Assembly: GCA_965224715.1 (NCBI GenBank) | Contig: OZ245054.1 | Coordinates: 1,917,078-1,981,077 of the forward strand | Length of the DNA: 64,000 bases | Reading direction: 5' to 3' | From: Spirochaetota bacterium | GTDB lineage: Bacteria > Spirochaetota > UBA12135 > COTS27 > CAXSBA01 | Shown: positions 1 to 8,129 of the stretch, in pieces | Layout: each line of letters starts with the position of its first letter | How positions within the stretch are numbered: the stretch's first letter is position 1 | Made by a program: the position numbers and the translations under genes | Notes under the pieces: model-generated | What the model saw: the letters and a program-made list of their open reading frames with translations, nothing else | Database searches by the model: none | What the model was told of the DNA's origin: nothing

Positions 1-565
1 AAATCAGTCGGGGGTTATTGATGAAGGCTCTAACAATTGCCACCCTCTGAGCCTCACCACCAGAAAGTTCTCCGACATAATGATCTAGACGATTACTTAA
101 TCCTATTTTATTTAATAACTCCATCGCCAATTTTTCTTTTTCGTCTTTTATTCTGACAAAGTGAGGTCGAATCATCGCTGGAACAAGAATATTTTCTAAT
201 ACCGTCAATTCCTTGATCAGATTATGTTGTTGAAAGACGAAACCGATAAATTTTGAACGAAGGATAGCTAGCTGGGTTTCTGAAAGATGGTTAAAGCAGT
301 AATTGAAAAAAAAAACCCTACCCTCAGTGGGACTATCAATACCAGCCAAAAGATTGAGAAGGGTAGATTTCCCGGAACCACTGGCACCGGTAATAGCTAT
401 GGTTTCTCCTGCTTCTACCTGAAAATCAACCCGTTTCAAAACCGAAATTTTTCGATCATGAATAGAAAAAATTTTCTTCACTCCTATTACCCGTAACAAG
501 GGGTTAAGGGGAGACAGGGGAAAATCCTCTTTAAAAATATTAAACTTTTCTAAAAATCTATTCAT
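1..565 (-). CDS. lolD: ABC transporter ATP-binding protein, LolD-like; the C-terminus runs off the window start
   Basis: Absent from the ORF track because it is truncated. Reverse-strand translation from the ATG at 565-563 reads MNRFLEKF.... It has Walker A GASGSGKST (approx 360-390) and the ABC signature LSGGE (53-67). Its start overlaps the stop of the upstream permease gene by 8 nt. Confidence 0.85.
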   Translation of the reverse strand, partial: MNRFLEKFNIFKEDFPLSPLNPLLRVIGVKKIFSIHDRKISVLKRVDFQVEAGETIAITGASGSGKSTLLNLLAGIDSPTEGRVFFFNYCFNHLSETQLAILRSKFIGFVFQQHNLIKELTVLENILVPAMIRPHFVRIKDEKEKLAMELLNKIGLSNRLDHYVGELSGGEAQRVAIVRAFINNPRLI

Positions 566-1874
566 AACGCATAATATCGACTGGTTTTAATCGTGCTGCC
601 TTAAGTGAAGGGAAGAATCCAACGATAGCAGACAGTACTATAGCCATAGAAATAAAAAATAAAACTCGAGATATACTAACATCACTGGGAATAAAATCTA
701 GATAGTAAACTCCCTTGGGAAAAATCTCAAACCCTTGATATGTTCCCATATCAACAAACCAAGAAGCCATAGAATAAAAAATTAAATTAGCTATACTGAT
801 AATATATTCAATTCCTTGAATAACCAACATAACATCCAAAGAGATAAGATAACCCAAAGTTCCTCCAATGATTGATCCCATCGCAGTTATTACAAATCCT
901 TGAAATAAGAATATTTGGGCCACCTGTAAAGGACGCATACCTATAGTTTTCAATATACCGATTTCTTTTTTTTTCTCTATAATAAAAATAAGTTGAGAAC
1001 TGGTAACATTGAAAATGGCCACTATCAAGATCAAGGTAACGATGAAGTTCATAAGGCTCCTTTCTAAAGCCAGAGCTTTAAAAAAATTATAATTGATATC
1101 CTGCCAAGTGAAAAAACGATAACGGTCACCATAGAGTGTTATTAGCACTTCTAATACTGGCTCTAGATTCCAAATATTTTCTACCTTGATGTCAATTTTT
1201 CTTACTACATTCTTCTGGCGAAATACTTTTTCAAATGTAGACAGTGAGACATAAACTATTCCTTCATCAAATTGTTGTAATCCTGTTTTGAAAGTCCCCA
1301 TAATTTTAGTTTCTACTGAACGAGGGCGGCTACTCATAGTGAGATTCTCTTCATCTGTGACCAAAAGATTAATCCTTTCACCTGAATCTACCAAACGTTT
1401 TGCTGCTAATTCACTACCAATCAAAATCTGGTAGCGACGATCAACTGTTTTCTTTCCATCAATTATCTTTACCAATTGATCTAGTTCCGTATCATTTTTG
1501 AAATAGTCAGGTGGCACCCCTCGAATCAGTACTGGCTCAAAACCAGAGAAAAATTGGGCCATTCCCTGCACTTCAATATAAGGATTTGCGGAAACTACCC
1601 CTGGAATAGCTCGAATCTTTTTCATTACTTCTTTATAGTTTTTAATATTTTTTTCTAAGTAGGTACTTGAAATAACTATATGTCCCTTCACTCCCAAAAT
1701 CTTGGTTTTGATTTCCTCTTGGAATCCCATCATGACTGACAAAACCACAATCGGAACCATAACCCCTAGAGTCACTCCCATCAAAGAAATCAAAGATACA
1801 GTAGATGCAATGGATTGACGGGCTCGTTTACGTCCAGCCAAAAACCGGAGAGCTATGAGAAACTGTGCTTTCAT
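558..1874 (-). CDS. lolC: Lipoprotein-releasing system permease, LolC/LolE (FtsX/MacB-type) family
   Basis: 438 aa. The N-terminus MKAQFLIALRFLAGRKRARQS plus a TM, a large periplasmic loop and a C-terminal FtsX-like 3-TM bundle are typical of LolC/E. It is translationally coupled to the LolD-like ATPase. Confidence 0.8.
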   Translation of the reverse strand: MKAQFLIALRFLAGRKRARQSIASTVSLISLMGVTLGVMVPIVVLSVMMGFQEEIKTKILGVKGHIVISSTYLEKNIKNYKEVMKKIRAIPGVVSANPYIEVQGMAQFFSGFEPVLIRGVPPDYFKNDTELDQLVKIIDGKKTVDRRYQILIGSELAAKRLVDSGERINLLVTDEENLTMSSRPRSVETKIMGTFKTGLQQFDEGIVYVSLSTFEKVFRQKNVVRKIDIKVENIWNLEPVLEVLITLYGDRYRFFTWQDINYNFFKALALERSLMNFIVTLILIVAIFNVTSSQLIFIIEKKKEIGILKTIGMRPLQVAQIFLFQGFVITAMGSIIGGTLGYLISLDVMLVIQGIEYIISIANLIFYSMASWFVDMGTYQGFEIFPKGVYYLDFIPSDVSISRVLFFISMAIVLSAIVGFFPSLKAARLKPVDIMRYE

Positions 1875-1879
1875 AATAT

Positions 1880-4800
1880 CTATTTTTTTCGTTTCTTACG
1901 ATTTAAAAGTAACTGAACTTCATAGAGTTCCAAATCAAGATGTTTAGCAATTTCCTTATCTGACCACCCGATATGACTCAGAGTTTTAGGAAGGGATTTG
2001 AACTTCTTATCTAGTTCCGTAAACAGTGCACTATCATTTTCTCTTTGATTTTGAAAAATTTTCAAAATAATACTAATTTGCTCATTGAATCCTTCCTTGA
2101 GAAGATTAAGGTTATCCTGTTCTACCAACATTTCCTTTTTAAGTGTCCTGATAACTTCAATTCTTTTTTCTAAATCATAAACTGCAATATCAAAGTTATC
2201 GAATTTCTTATTTAAGTATTCCAACGCTTTATAACGTTCATCTAAACTAAGTGACTTTTGCTCCAGGGATTTGATGTTATCGGTGACCTTTTTCTGTAAT
2301 TCTTCACCTGCCGCAACTCGTCCCAAGAAAATATCCGTCTTTTCTTGGTTCTGTTGAGACTGACTTTGAATATCTTTCACCCATTTCTTAACATCATAAA
2401 AATCACCTTGAAGCTCTTTTAAGTTACCGAATTCTTTCTTGATAGCATTGATATCTTGATTATAGTCCTGAAGTTTAGATAAAAATCTATCTATTTCACT
2501 AGACTGCGATTTAACAGTATTTATATGACCTTCAATCTCCCCCGTCATATTCATAATAGTCTCTAATTGCTGAGCTAAATTCAGAACATTAGACTCCTTC
2601 TCTTTCAAATTCTTGTGGATTACTTGTAAATGTTGATGTTCCTTCTCCAATTTTTGGAAATTCTCTTGAAAGTCAGCAAAACGTTTCTCAGTTTTTTTCA
2701 ATTGACTCAACTGTTTCTCATAATTTGCCATTACACTAGTAAATTCTTTTTGGAATATAAATATCTTATCTACTGACTTAGTTTTACTGAGAAAAAAGTC
2801 TATTCTATCAGTTACCGAGGCTATTTTTTTCTCCATACCCATAACCATTTCATTGAAGGTGTCCTGAAAAGATTGTTCTTTGTCAGCTAAATTCAATTTA
2901 ATCCCTTCTACCAAGTATTCAATCCTATCCTCACCTTGTACTAACAGTTTATCCAAAAATTTTTTCTGCTTTACTACTTCTTCTGAAAGTTTTTTCCAAT
3001 TTTTATCAATACCTTCAATTCCTTTACGATAATTCTTTATTTCTTCTTGGAGCTCCCGACGAAAAAACTCTTTACTAAAATTTCTTTTCAACTCATTAAA
3101 TATTTTTTCGGTTTTAAGTTTACTGATTAAATTGATCCGTACCTGCTCTTTTAAGAAAGTTTGCCAACCAGAATCCCTTTGTAACCGTTCTACTATCCAA
3201 CTACTATTAATACTAACAGAGTTTTTGATTTTATTGGTTAAATATCGATCAAGTTCAAAAAGAAAATTCTTATGTTTCGAAGACATATCACTCTTTGAAG
3301 TAATAGAAAAAATTTCTTGAAGTAATCGTGGCAACTCATTGGACATTACCTTATAAAGACGATCCTCAATATAATCGTTGATATTTTCTCTAATCAACCT
3401 CCTTTTCTTTTGGATATCACTAAGGTCAGCCTGAAGTTTAACCAAATCACTCTTAACCTTTTCAAAGCTGTTGTTTAAAGTCTCCTGACTATTATCGATA
3501 ATCCCAGCTTGTTTTTTCTTCTGCTTTTCTAAAAACCCAGAAAGATTATTGATCTGATAAGTAATAGTTTTCTTAGACTCATCCATAAAGGATTGAAGAG
3601 AATCCAAAGCTTCCTCTTTAAGACGATTACGAGCTTCAAGCTTATTCGCTTGCTCTTCAATTTGAAAAAAACTCTTTTCGAACTGCCCTACTATCTCCTG
3701 CTGGTACTCTTCCCCTTTCTGCTTAACTTCAAATAATACTTCTTCTGAAAATCGCTCCACCTGCTCTCGAATCTTCTCTTGATCCTCTACTACCTTCTTC
3801 TCCCAATCTTCATATTTCCCCAGCAAACTGATAAACTTATCTTCATATCCTTGAAAATTAGCTTGAAAATCAATCAATTCCTTTTCCGTACTACTCTTCA
3901 ACTCCTCCAATATCCCCTGCTGATACTCTTCTCCTTTCTGCTTAACTTCAAATAATACTTCTTCTGAAAATCGCTCCACCTGCTCTCGAATCTTCTCTTG
4001 ATCCTCTACTACCTTCTTCTCCCAATCTTCATATTTCCCCAACAAACCGGAAAACTTATCTTCATATTCTTGAAAATTAGCTTGAAAACCTACCGATTCC
4101 TTTTCTGAATTGTTCTTCAAAATTATCAAATTTTTTTGTAAACGATCTTCCTCTCTAGCTACCACATCATCCACCATCTTTCTAAATTTCTCCTCCCAAG
4201 CAGTATATTCTTTTCCCAATTTCTTGCTATCCAAATTATCCAATAATTTAAGTCGAGACTGCTCATCCAAAAATGACTGCCAACTTGAATCTCCTTTCAA
4301 ATAATCCATCAACCAACTTAAATTACTCTCAATCGATTCCCTAAACTGACTATTAAAAAAATCTCTTAAATCCCGATACCATAAACCAGATTCCGTTTCA
4401 GTTACTTTTGCTCCACTCAATACCTCCAATAAAACCCGAGGAACTTCCTCCATCATCATCTGATTCAATTTCATATCCAAACTGTCACTTAACTCAAATA
4501 AAATATTATTACGGTTCTGCTTAATACTTTCAACCTCCTCTTTTATCAAATCAAAGTCAGAACGAACATCTTTATAAATATCAACCAAAACTAAATGGTT
4601 TTTTTGATAAAGGCTACTTTGCATTTCTTTCTGCTTTTCTAAAAACCCAGAAAGATTATTGATCTGATAAGTAATAGTTTTCTTAGACTCATCCATAAAG
4701 GATTGAAGAGAATCCAAAGCTTCCTCTTTAAGACGATTACGAGCTTCAAGCTTATTCGCTTGCTCTTCAATTTGAAAAAAACTCTTTTCGAACTGCCCTA

Positions 4801-7800
4801 CTATCTCCTGCTGGTACTCTTCCCCTTTCTGCTTAACTTCAAATAATACTTCTTCTGAAAATCGCTCCACCTGCTCTCGAATCTTCTCTTGATCCTCTAC
4901 TACCTTCTTCTCCCAATCTTCATATTTCCCCAGCAAACTGATAAACTTATCTTCATATCCTTGAAAATTAGCTTGAAAATCAATCAATTCCTTTTCCGTA
5001 CTACTCTTCAACTCCTCCAATATCCCCTGCTGATACTCTTCTCCTTTCTGCTTAACTTCAAATAATACTTCTTCTGAAAATCGCTCCACCTGCTCTCGAA
5101 TCTTCTCTTGATCCTCTACTACCTTCTTCTCCCAATCTTCATATTTCCCCAACAAACCGGAAAACTTATCTTCATATTCTTGAAAATTAGCTTGAAAACC
5201 TACCGATTCCTTTTCTGAATTGTTCTTCAAAATTATCAAATTTTTTTGTAAACGATCTTCCTCTCTAGCTACCACATCATCCACCATCTTTCTAAATTTC
5301 TCCTCCCAAGCAGTATATTCTTTTCCCAATTTCTTGCTATCCAAATTATCCAATAATTTAAGTCGAGACTGCTCATCCAAAAATGACTGCCAACTTGAAT
5401 CTCCTTTCAAATAATCCATCAACCAACTTAAATTACTCTCAATCGATTCCCTAAACTGACTATTAAAAAAATCTCTTAAATCCCGATACCATAAACCAGA
5501 TTCCGTTTCAGTTACTTTTGCTCCACTCAATACCTCCAATAAAACCCGAGGAACTTCCTCCATCATCATCTGATTCAATTTCATATCCAAACTGTCACTT
5601 AACTCAAATAAAATATTATTACGGTTCTGCTTAATACTTTCAACCTCCTCTTTTATCAAATCAAAGTCAGAACGAACATCTTTATAAATATCAACCAAAA
5701 CTAAATGGTTTTTTTGATAAAGGCTACTTTGCATTTCTTTCTGCTTTTCTAAAAACCCAGAAAGATTATTGATCTGATAAGTAATAGTTTTCTTAGACTC
5801 ATCCATAAAGGATTGAAGAGAATCCAAAGCTTCCTCTTTAAGACGATTACGAGCTTCAAGCTTATTCGCTTGCTCTTCAATTTGAAAAAAACTCTTTTCG
5901 AACTGCCCTACTATCTCCTGCTGGTACTCTTCCCCTTTCTGCTTAACTTCAAATAATACTTCTTCTGAAAATCGCTCCACCTGCTCTCGAATCTTCTCTT
6001 GATCCTCTACTACCTTCTTCTCCCAATCTTCATATTTCCCCAGCAAACTGATAAACTTATCTTCATATCCTTGAAAATTAGCTTGAAAATCAATCAATTC
6101 CTTTTCCGTACTACTCTTCAACTCCTCCAATATCCCCTGCTGATACTCTTCTCCTTTCTGCTTAACTTCAAATAATACTTCTTCTGAAAATCGCTCCACC
6201 TGCTCTCGAATCTTCTCTTGATCCTCTACTACCTTCTTCTCCCAATCTTCATATTTCCCCAACAAACCGGAAAACTTATCTTCATATTCTTGAAAATTAG
6301 CTTGAAAACCTACCGATTCCTTTTCTGAATTGTTCTTCAAAATTATCAAATTTTTTTGTAAACGATCTTCCTCTCTAGCTACCACATCATCCACCATCTT
6401 TCTAAATTTCTCCTCCCAAGCAGTATATTCTTTTCCCAATTTCTTGCTATCCAAATTATCCAATAATTTAAGTCGAGACTGCTCATCCAAAAATGACTGC
6501 CAACTTGAATCTCCTTTCAAATAATCCATCAACCAACTTAAATTACTCTCAATCGATTCCCTAAACTGACTATTAAAAAAATCTCTTAAATCCCGATACC
6601 ATAAACCAGATTCCGTTTCAGTTACTTTTGCTCCACTCAATACCTCCAATAAAACCCGAGGAACTTCCTCCATCATCATCTGATTCAATTTCATATCCAA
6701 ACTGTCACTTAACTCAAATAAAATATTATTACGGTTCTGCTTAATACTTTCAACCTCCTCTTTTATCAAATCAAAGTCAGAACGAACATCTTTATAAATA
6801 TCAACCAAAACTAAATGGTTTTTTTGATAAAGGCTACTTTGCATTTCTTTCTGCTTTTCTAAAAACCCAGAAAGATTATTGATCTGATAAGTAATAGTTT
6901 TCTTAGACTCATCCATAAAGGATTGAAGAGAATCTAAAGTTTCCTCTTTAAGACGATTACGAGCTTCAAGCTCTGTAGTCTCATTATTCAGTTTTTTATA
7001 TCTATCTTCTAAAAGACTGAGAACTTCTTCTTGATAGTCATTTATCTTTTCTTTAAAGCCAGAAAGAATCGTTGCAGAGAATTTATCAATACGTTTTTGA
7101 GTCATATCTTGGTGTTCCGCAACTTCCTTCTCCCATGTTCCATAACGATCCATTAAAGTAGCAACCTGACTCTCACGCTGACTTAAATTCTCTTGTAGAA
7201 CTTGAATTTCGGTTTCAAAATTAGAACGCATCCTCTCTATCTCATTTTGCAGATGTTCCCTCTCTTCTTTTACCAAAATATCTATGCTATCTTTGAAATC
7301 AGCTTCCAAATCAGCATATTGTTGTTTAAGCTTATCGGTATTGATCTTGCTTAGATTGATAACTTGCTCATAACCTTGGTTAATATTTTTTTCAACCTCA
7401 TTTAGACGTTTGCTAAAAGCTGATTCCAAATTCAAAATTTCTTTAGAATAACTTTCTTTGAAATCATTAAGAGAATTTTCTATCTGTTTAACCGATTCTT
7501 CTTTATTTCTAAAGTCACTTTCAACCGCATTGAGCTTAGCTATAAAATCTTGTAATTTTAAGTTATTATCCTTAAAGGTATCCTGCAGTTCTCTATAAAA
7601 ATCCGATGTTTTTTCTAAATCTCGAGAAAGTCGAGTCACTTCTGAAAGCCGTTCTTCGACGGTTTTAAATGAAGTCTCAATACCATCACGAAGACGATTG
7701 AAATGAATAAAGTCATGCTGAAGATTTATATTAACCTCCCGAAATTCCCTAAGATTACTCCGAAACTTTTCGATAAAATCCTTTTCCCGAACATTCATAT

Positions 7801-7918
7801 ATTCATTAATTTTTTCAATACGAAAATTTGAAATTTTAGAACGTATATATGAAAAGAAAAATATTAAAAAGATAAAGCTATTACCAATCAAAATGAGAAG
7901 AATTTCAGTAGCCGACAT
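1880..7918 (-). CDS. Giant (2,012 aa) coiled-coil protein with an N-terminal TM anchor, internal 370-aa tandem repeats and a short basic HTH-like C-terminal tail; function unknown
   Basis: Single uninterrupted ORF. Residues 1-28 are hydrophobic (ILLILIGNSFIFLIFFFSYI). The rest is E/K/Q/L-rich with heptad-like character. The stop lies 5 nt upstream of the lolC start. Confidence 0.8.
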   Translation of the reverse strand: MSATEILLILIGNSFIFLIFFFSYIRSKISNFRIEKINEYMNVREKDFIEKFRSNLREFREVNINLQHDFIHFNRLRDGIETSFKTVEERLSEVTRLSRDLEKTSDFYRELQDTFKDNNLKLQDFIAKLNAVESDFRNKEESVKQIENSLNDFKESYSKEILNLESAFSKRLNEVEKNINQGYEQVINLSKINTDKLKQQYADLEADFKDSIDILVKEEREHLQNEIERMRSNFETEIQVLQENLSQRESQVATLMDRYGTWEKEVAEHQDMTQKRIDKFSATILSGFKEKINDYQEEVLSLLEDRYKKLNNETTELEARNRLKEETLDSLQSFMDESKKTITYQINNLSGFLEKQKEMQSSLYQKNHLVLVDIYKDVRSDFDLIKEEVESIKQNRNNILFELSDSLDMKLNQMMMEEVPRVLLEVLSGAKVTETESGLWYRDLRDFFNSQFRESIESNLSWLMDYLKGDSSWQSFLDEQSRLKLLDNLDSKKLGKEYTAWEEKFRKMVDDVVAREEDRLQKNLIILKNNSEKESVGFQANFQEYEDKFSGLLGKYEDWEKKVVEDQEKIREQVERFSEEVLFEVKQKGEEYQQGILEELKSSTEKELIDFQANFQGYEDKFISLLGKYEDWEKKVVEDQEKIREQVERFSEEVLFEVKQKGEEYQQEIVGQFEKSFFQIEEQANKLEARNRLKEEALDSLQSFMDESKKTITYQINNLSGFLEKQKEMQSSLYQKNHLVLVDIYKDVRSDFDLIKEEVESIKQNRNNILFELSDSLDMKLNQMMMEEVPRVLLEVLSGAKVTETESGLWYRDLRDFFNSQFRESIESNLSWLMDYLKGDSSWQSFLDEQSRLKLLDNLDSKKLGKEYTAWEEKFRKMVDDVVAREEDRLQKNLIILKNNSEKESVGFQANFQEYEDKFSGLLGKYEDWEKKVVEDQEKIREQVERFSEEVLFEVKQKGEEYQQGILEELKSSTEKELIDFQANFQGYEDKFISLLGKYEDWEKKVVEDQEKIREQVERFSEEVLFEVKQKGEEYQQEIVGQFEKSFFQIEEQANKLEARNRLKEEALDSLQSFMDESKKTITYQINNLSGFLEKQKEMQSSLYQKNHLVLVDIYKDVRSDFDLIKEEVESIKQNRNNILFELSDSLDMKLNQMMMEEVPRVLLEVLSGAKVTETESGLWYRDLRDFFNSQFRESIESNLSWLMDYLKGDSSWQSFLDEQSRLKLLDNLDSKKLGKEYTAWEEKFRKMVDDVVAREEDRLQKNLIILKNNSEKESVGFQANFQEYEDKFSGLLGKYEDWEKKVVEDQEKIREQVERFSEEVLFEVKQKGEEYQQGILEELKSSTEKELIDFQANFQGYEDKFISLLGKYEDWEKKVVEDQEKIREQVERFSEEVLFEVKQKGEEYQQEIVGQFEKSFFQIEEQANKLEARNRLKEEALDSLQSFMDESKKTITYQINNLSGFLEKQKKKQAGIIDNSQETLNNSFEKVKSDLVKLQADLSDIQKKRRLIRENINDYIEDRLYKVMSNELPRLLQEIFSITSKSDMSSKHKNFLFELDRYLTNKIKNSVSINSSWIVERLQRDSGWQTFLKEQVRINLISKLKTEKIFNELKRNFSKEFFRRELQEEIKNYRKGIEGIDKNWKKLSEEVVKQKKFLDKLLVQGEDRIEYLVEGIKLNLADKEQSFQDTFNEMVMGMEKKIASVTDRIDFFLSKTKSVDKIFIFQKEFTSVMANYEKQLSQLKKTEKRFADFQENFQKLEKEHQHLQVIHKNLKEKESNVLNLAQQLETIMNMTGEIEGHINTVKSQSSEIDRFLSKLQDYNQDINAIKKEFGNLKELQGDFYDVKKWVKDIQSQSQQNQEKTDIFLGRVAAGEELQKKVTDNIKSLEQKSLSLDERYKALEYLNKKFDNFDIAVYDLEKRIEVIRTLKKEMLVEQDNLNLLKEGFNEQISIILKIFQNQRENDSALFTELDKKFKSLPKTLSHIGWSDKEIAKHLDLELYEVQLLLNRKKRKK
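3519..6972. repeat. Tandem repeat, period 1,110 bp, about 3.1 copies, inside the giant CDS; each unit carries a nested 219-bp (73-aa) duplication
   Basis: Positions 3521.. , 4631.. , 5741.. and 6851.. all read ctgcttttctaaaaacccag. The identical antisense ORFs at 4110, 5220 and 6330 confirm the 1,110 period. The only differences I found are 6935 and 6940 in the edge copy (c to t). The nested repeat is seen as cctgctggtactct at 3697 versus cctgctgatactct at 3916. Confidence 0.9.
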
Positions 7919-8129
7919 AATTCGTGTAAATTCTCTATTGCTTATATATTTTACAATAAGGAAGATAGTCTCCTATAAGATTAAATCCATAATAATCAAT
8001 AAAACCCAAAATCATTCCAACAATTTGAAAAAAACACTCCAAAAACATGAATACCCCAGAAAAAAACTAAAGGTACCAAATAATTTTAGGAGTAATTGGA
8101 AAGGCTATATTATTTTTTAAAAGAGATTT

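Noticed and set aside
287-496. Plus-strand 69-aa ORF at the window start
   Set aside because: It is antisense to a clearly recognisable LolD-like ABC ATPase, with Walker A and LSGGE on the minus strand.
4110-6524. Three identical 64-aa plus-strand ORFs (4110-4304, 5220-5414, 6330-6524), plus 3132-3320
   Set aside because: They are antisense to the 2,012-aa CDS and identical only because they lie in the 1,110-bp repeat. They are low-complexity S/F/L-rich translations of the reverse strand of a K/E-rich gene, so I treat them as artefacts.
3519-6972. Possibility that the regular repeats are a CRISPR array or a satellite
   Set aside because: The period is 1,110 bp with no short repeat/spacer alternation. 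The whole region is one continuous open reading frame with coiled-coil character.
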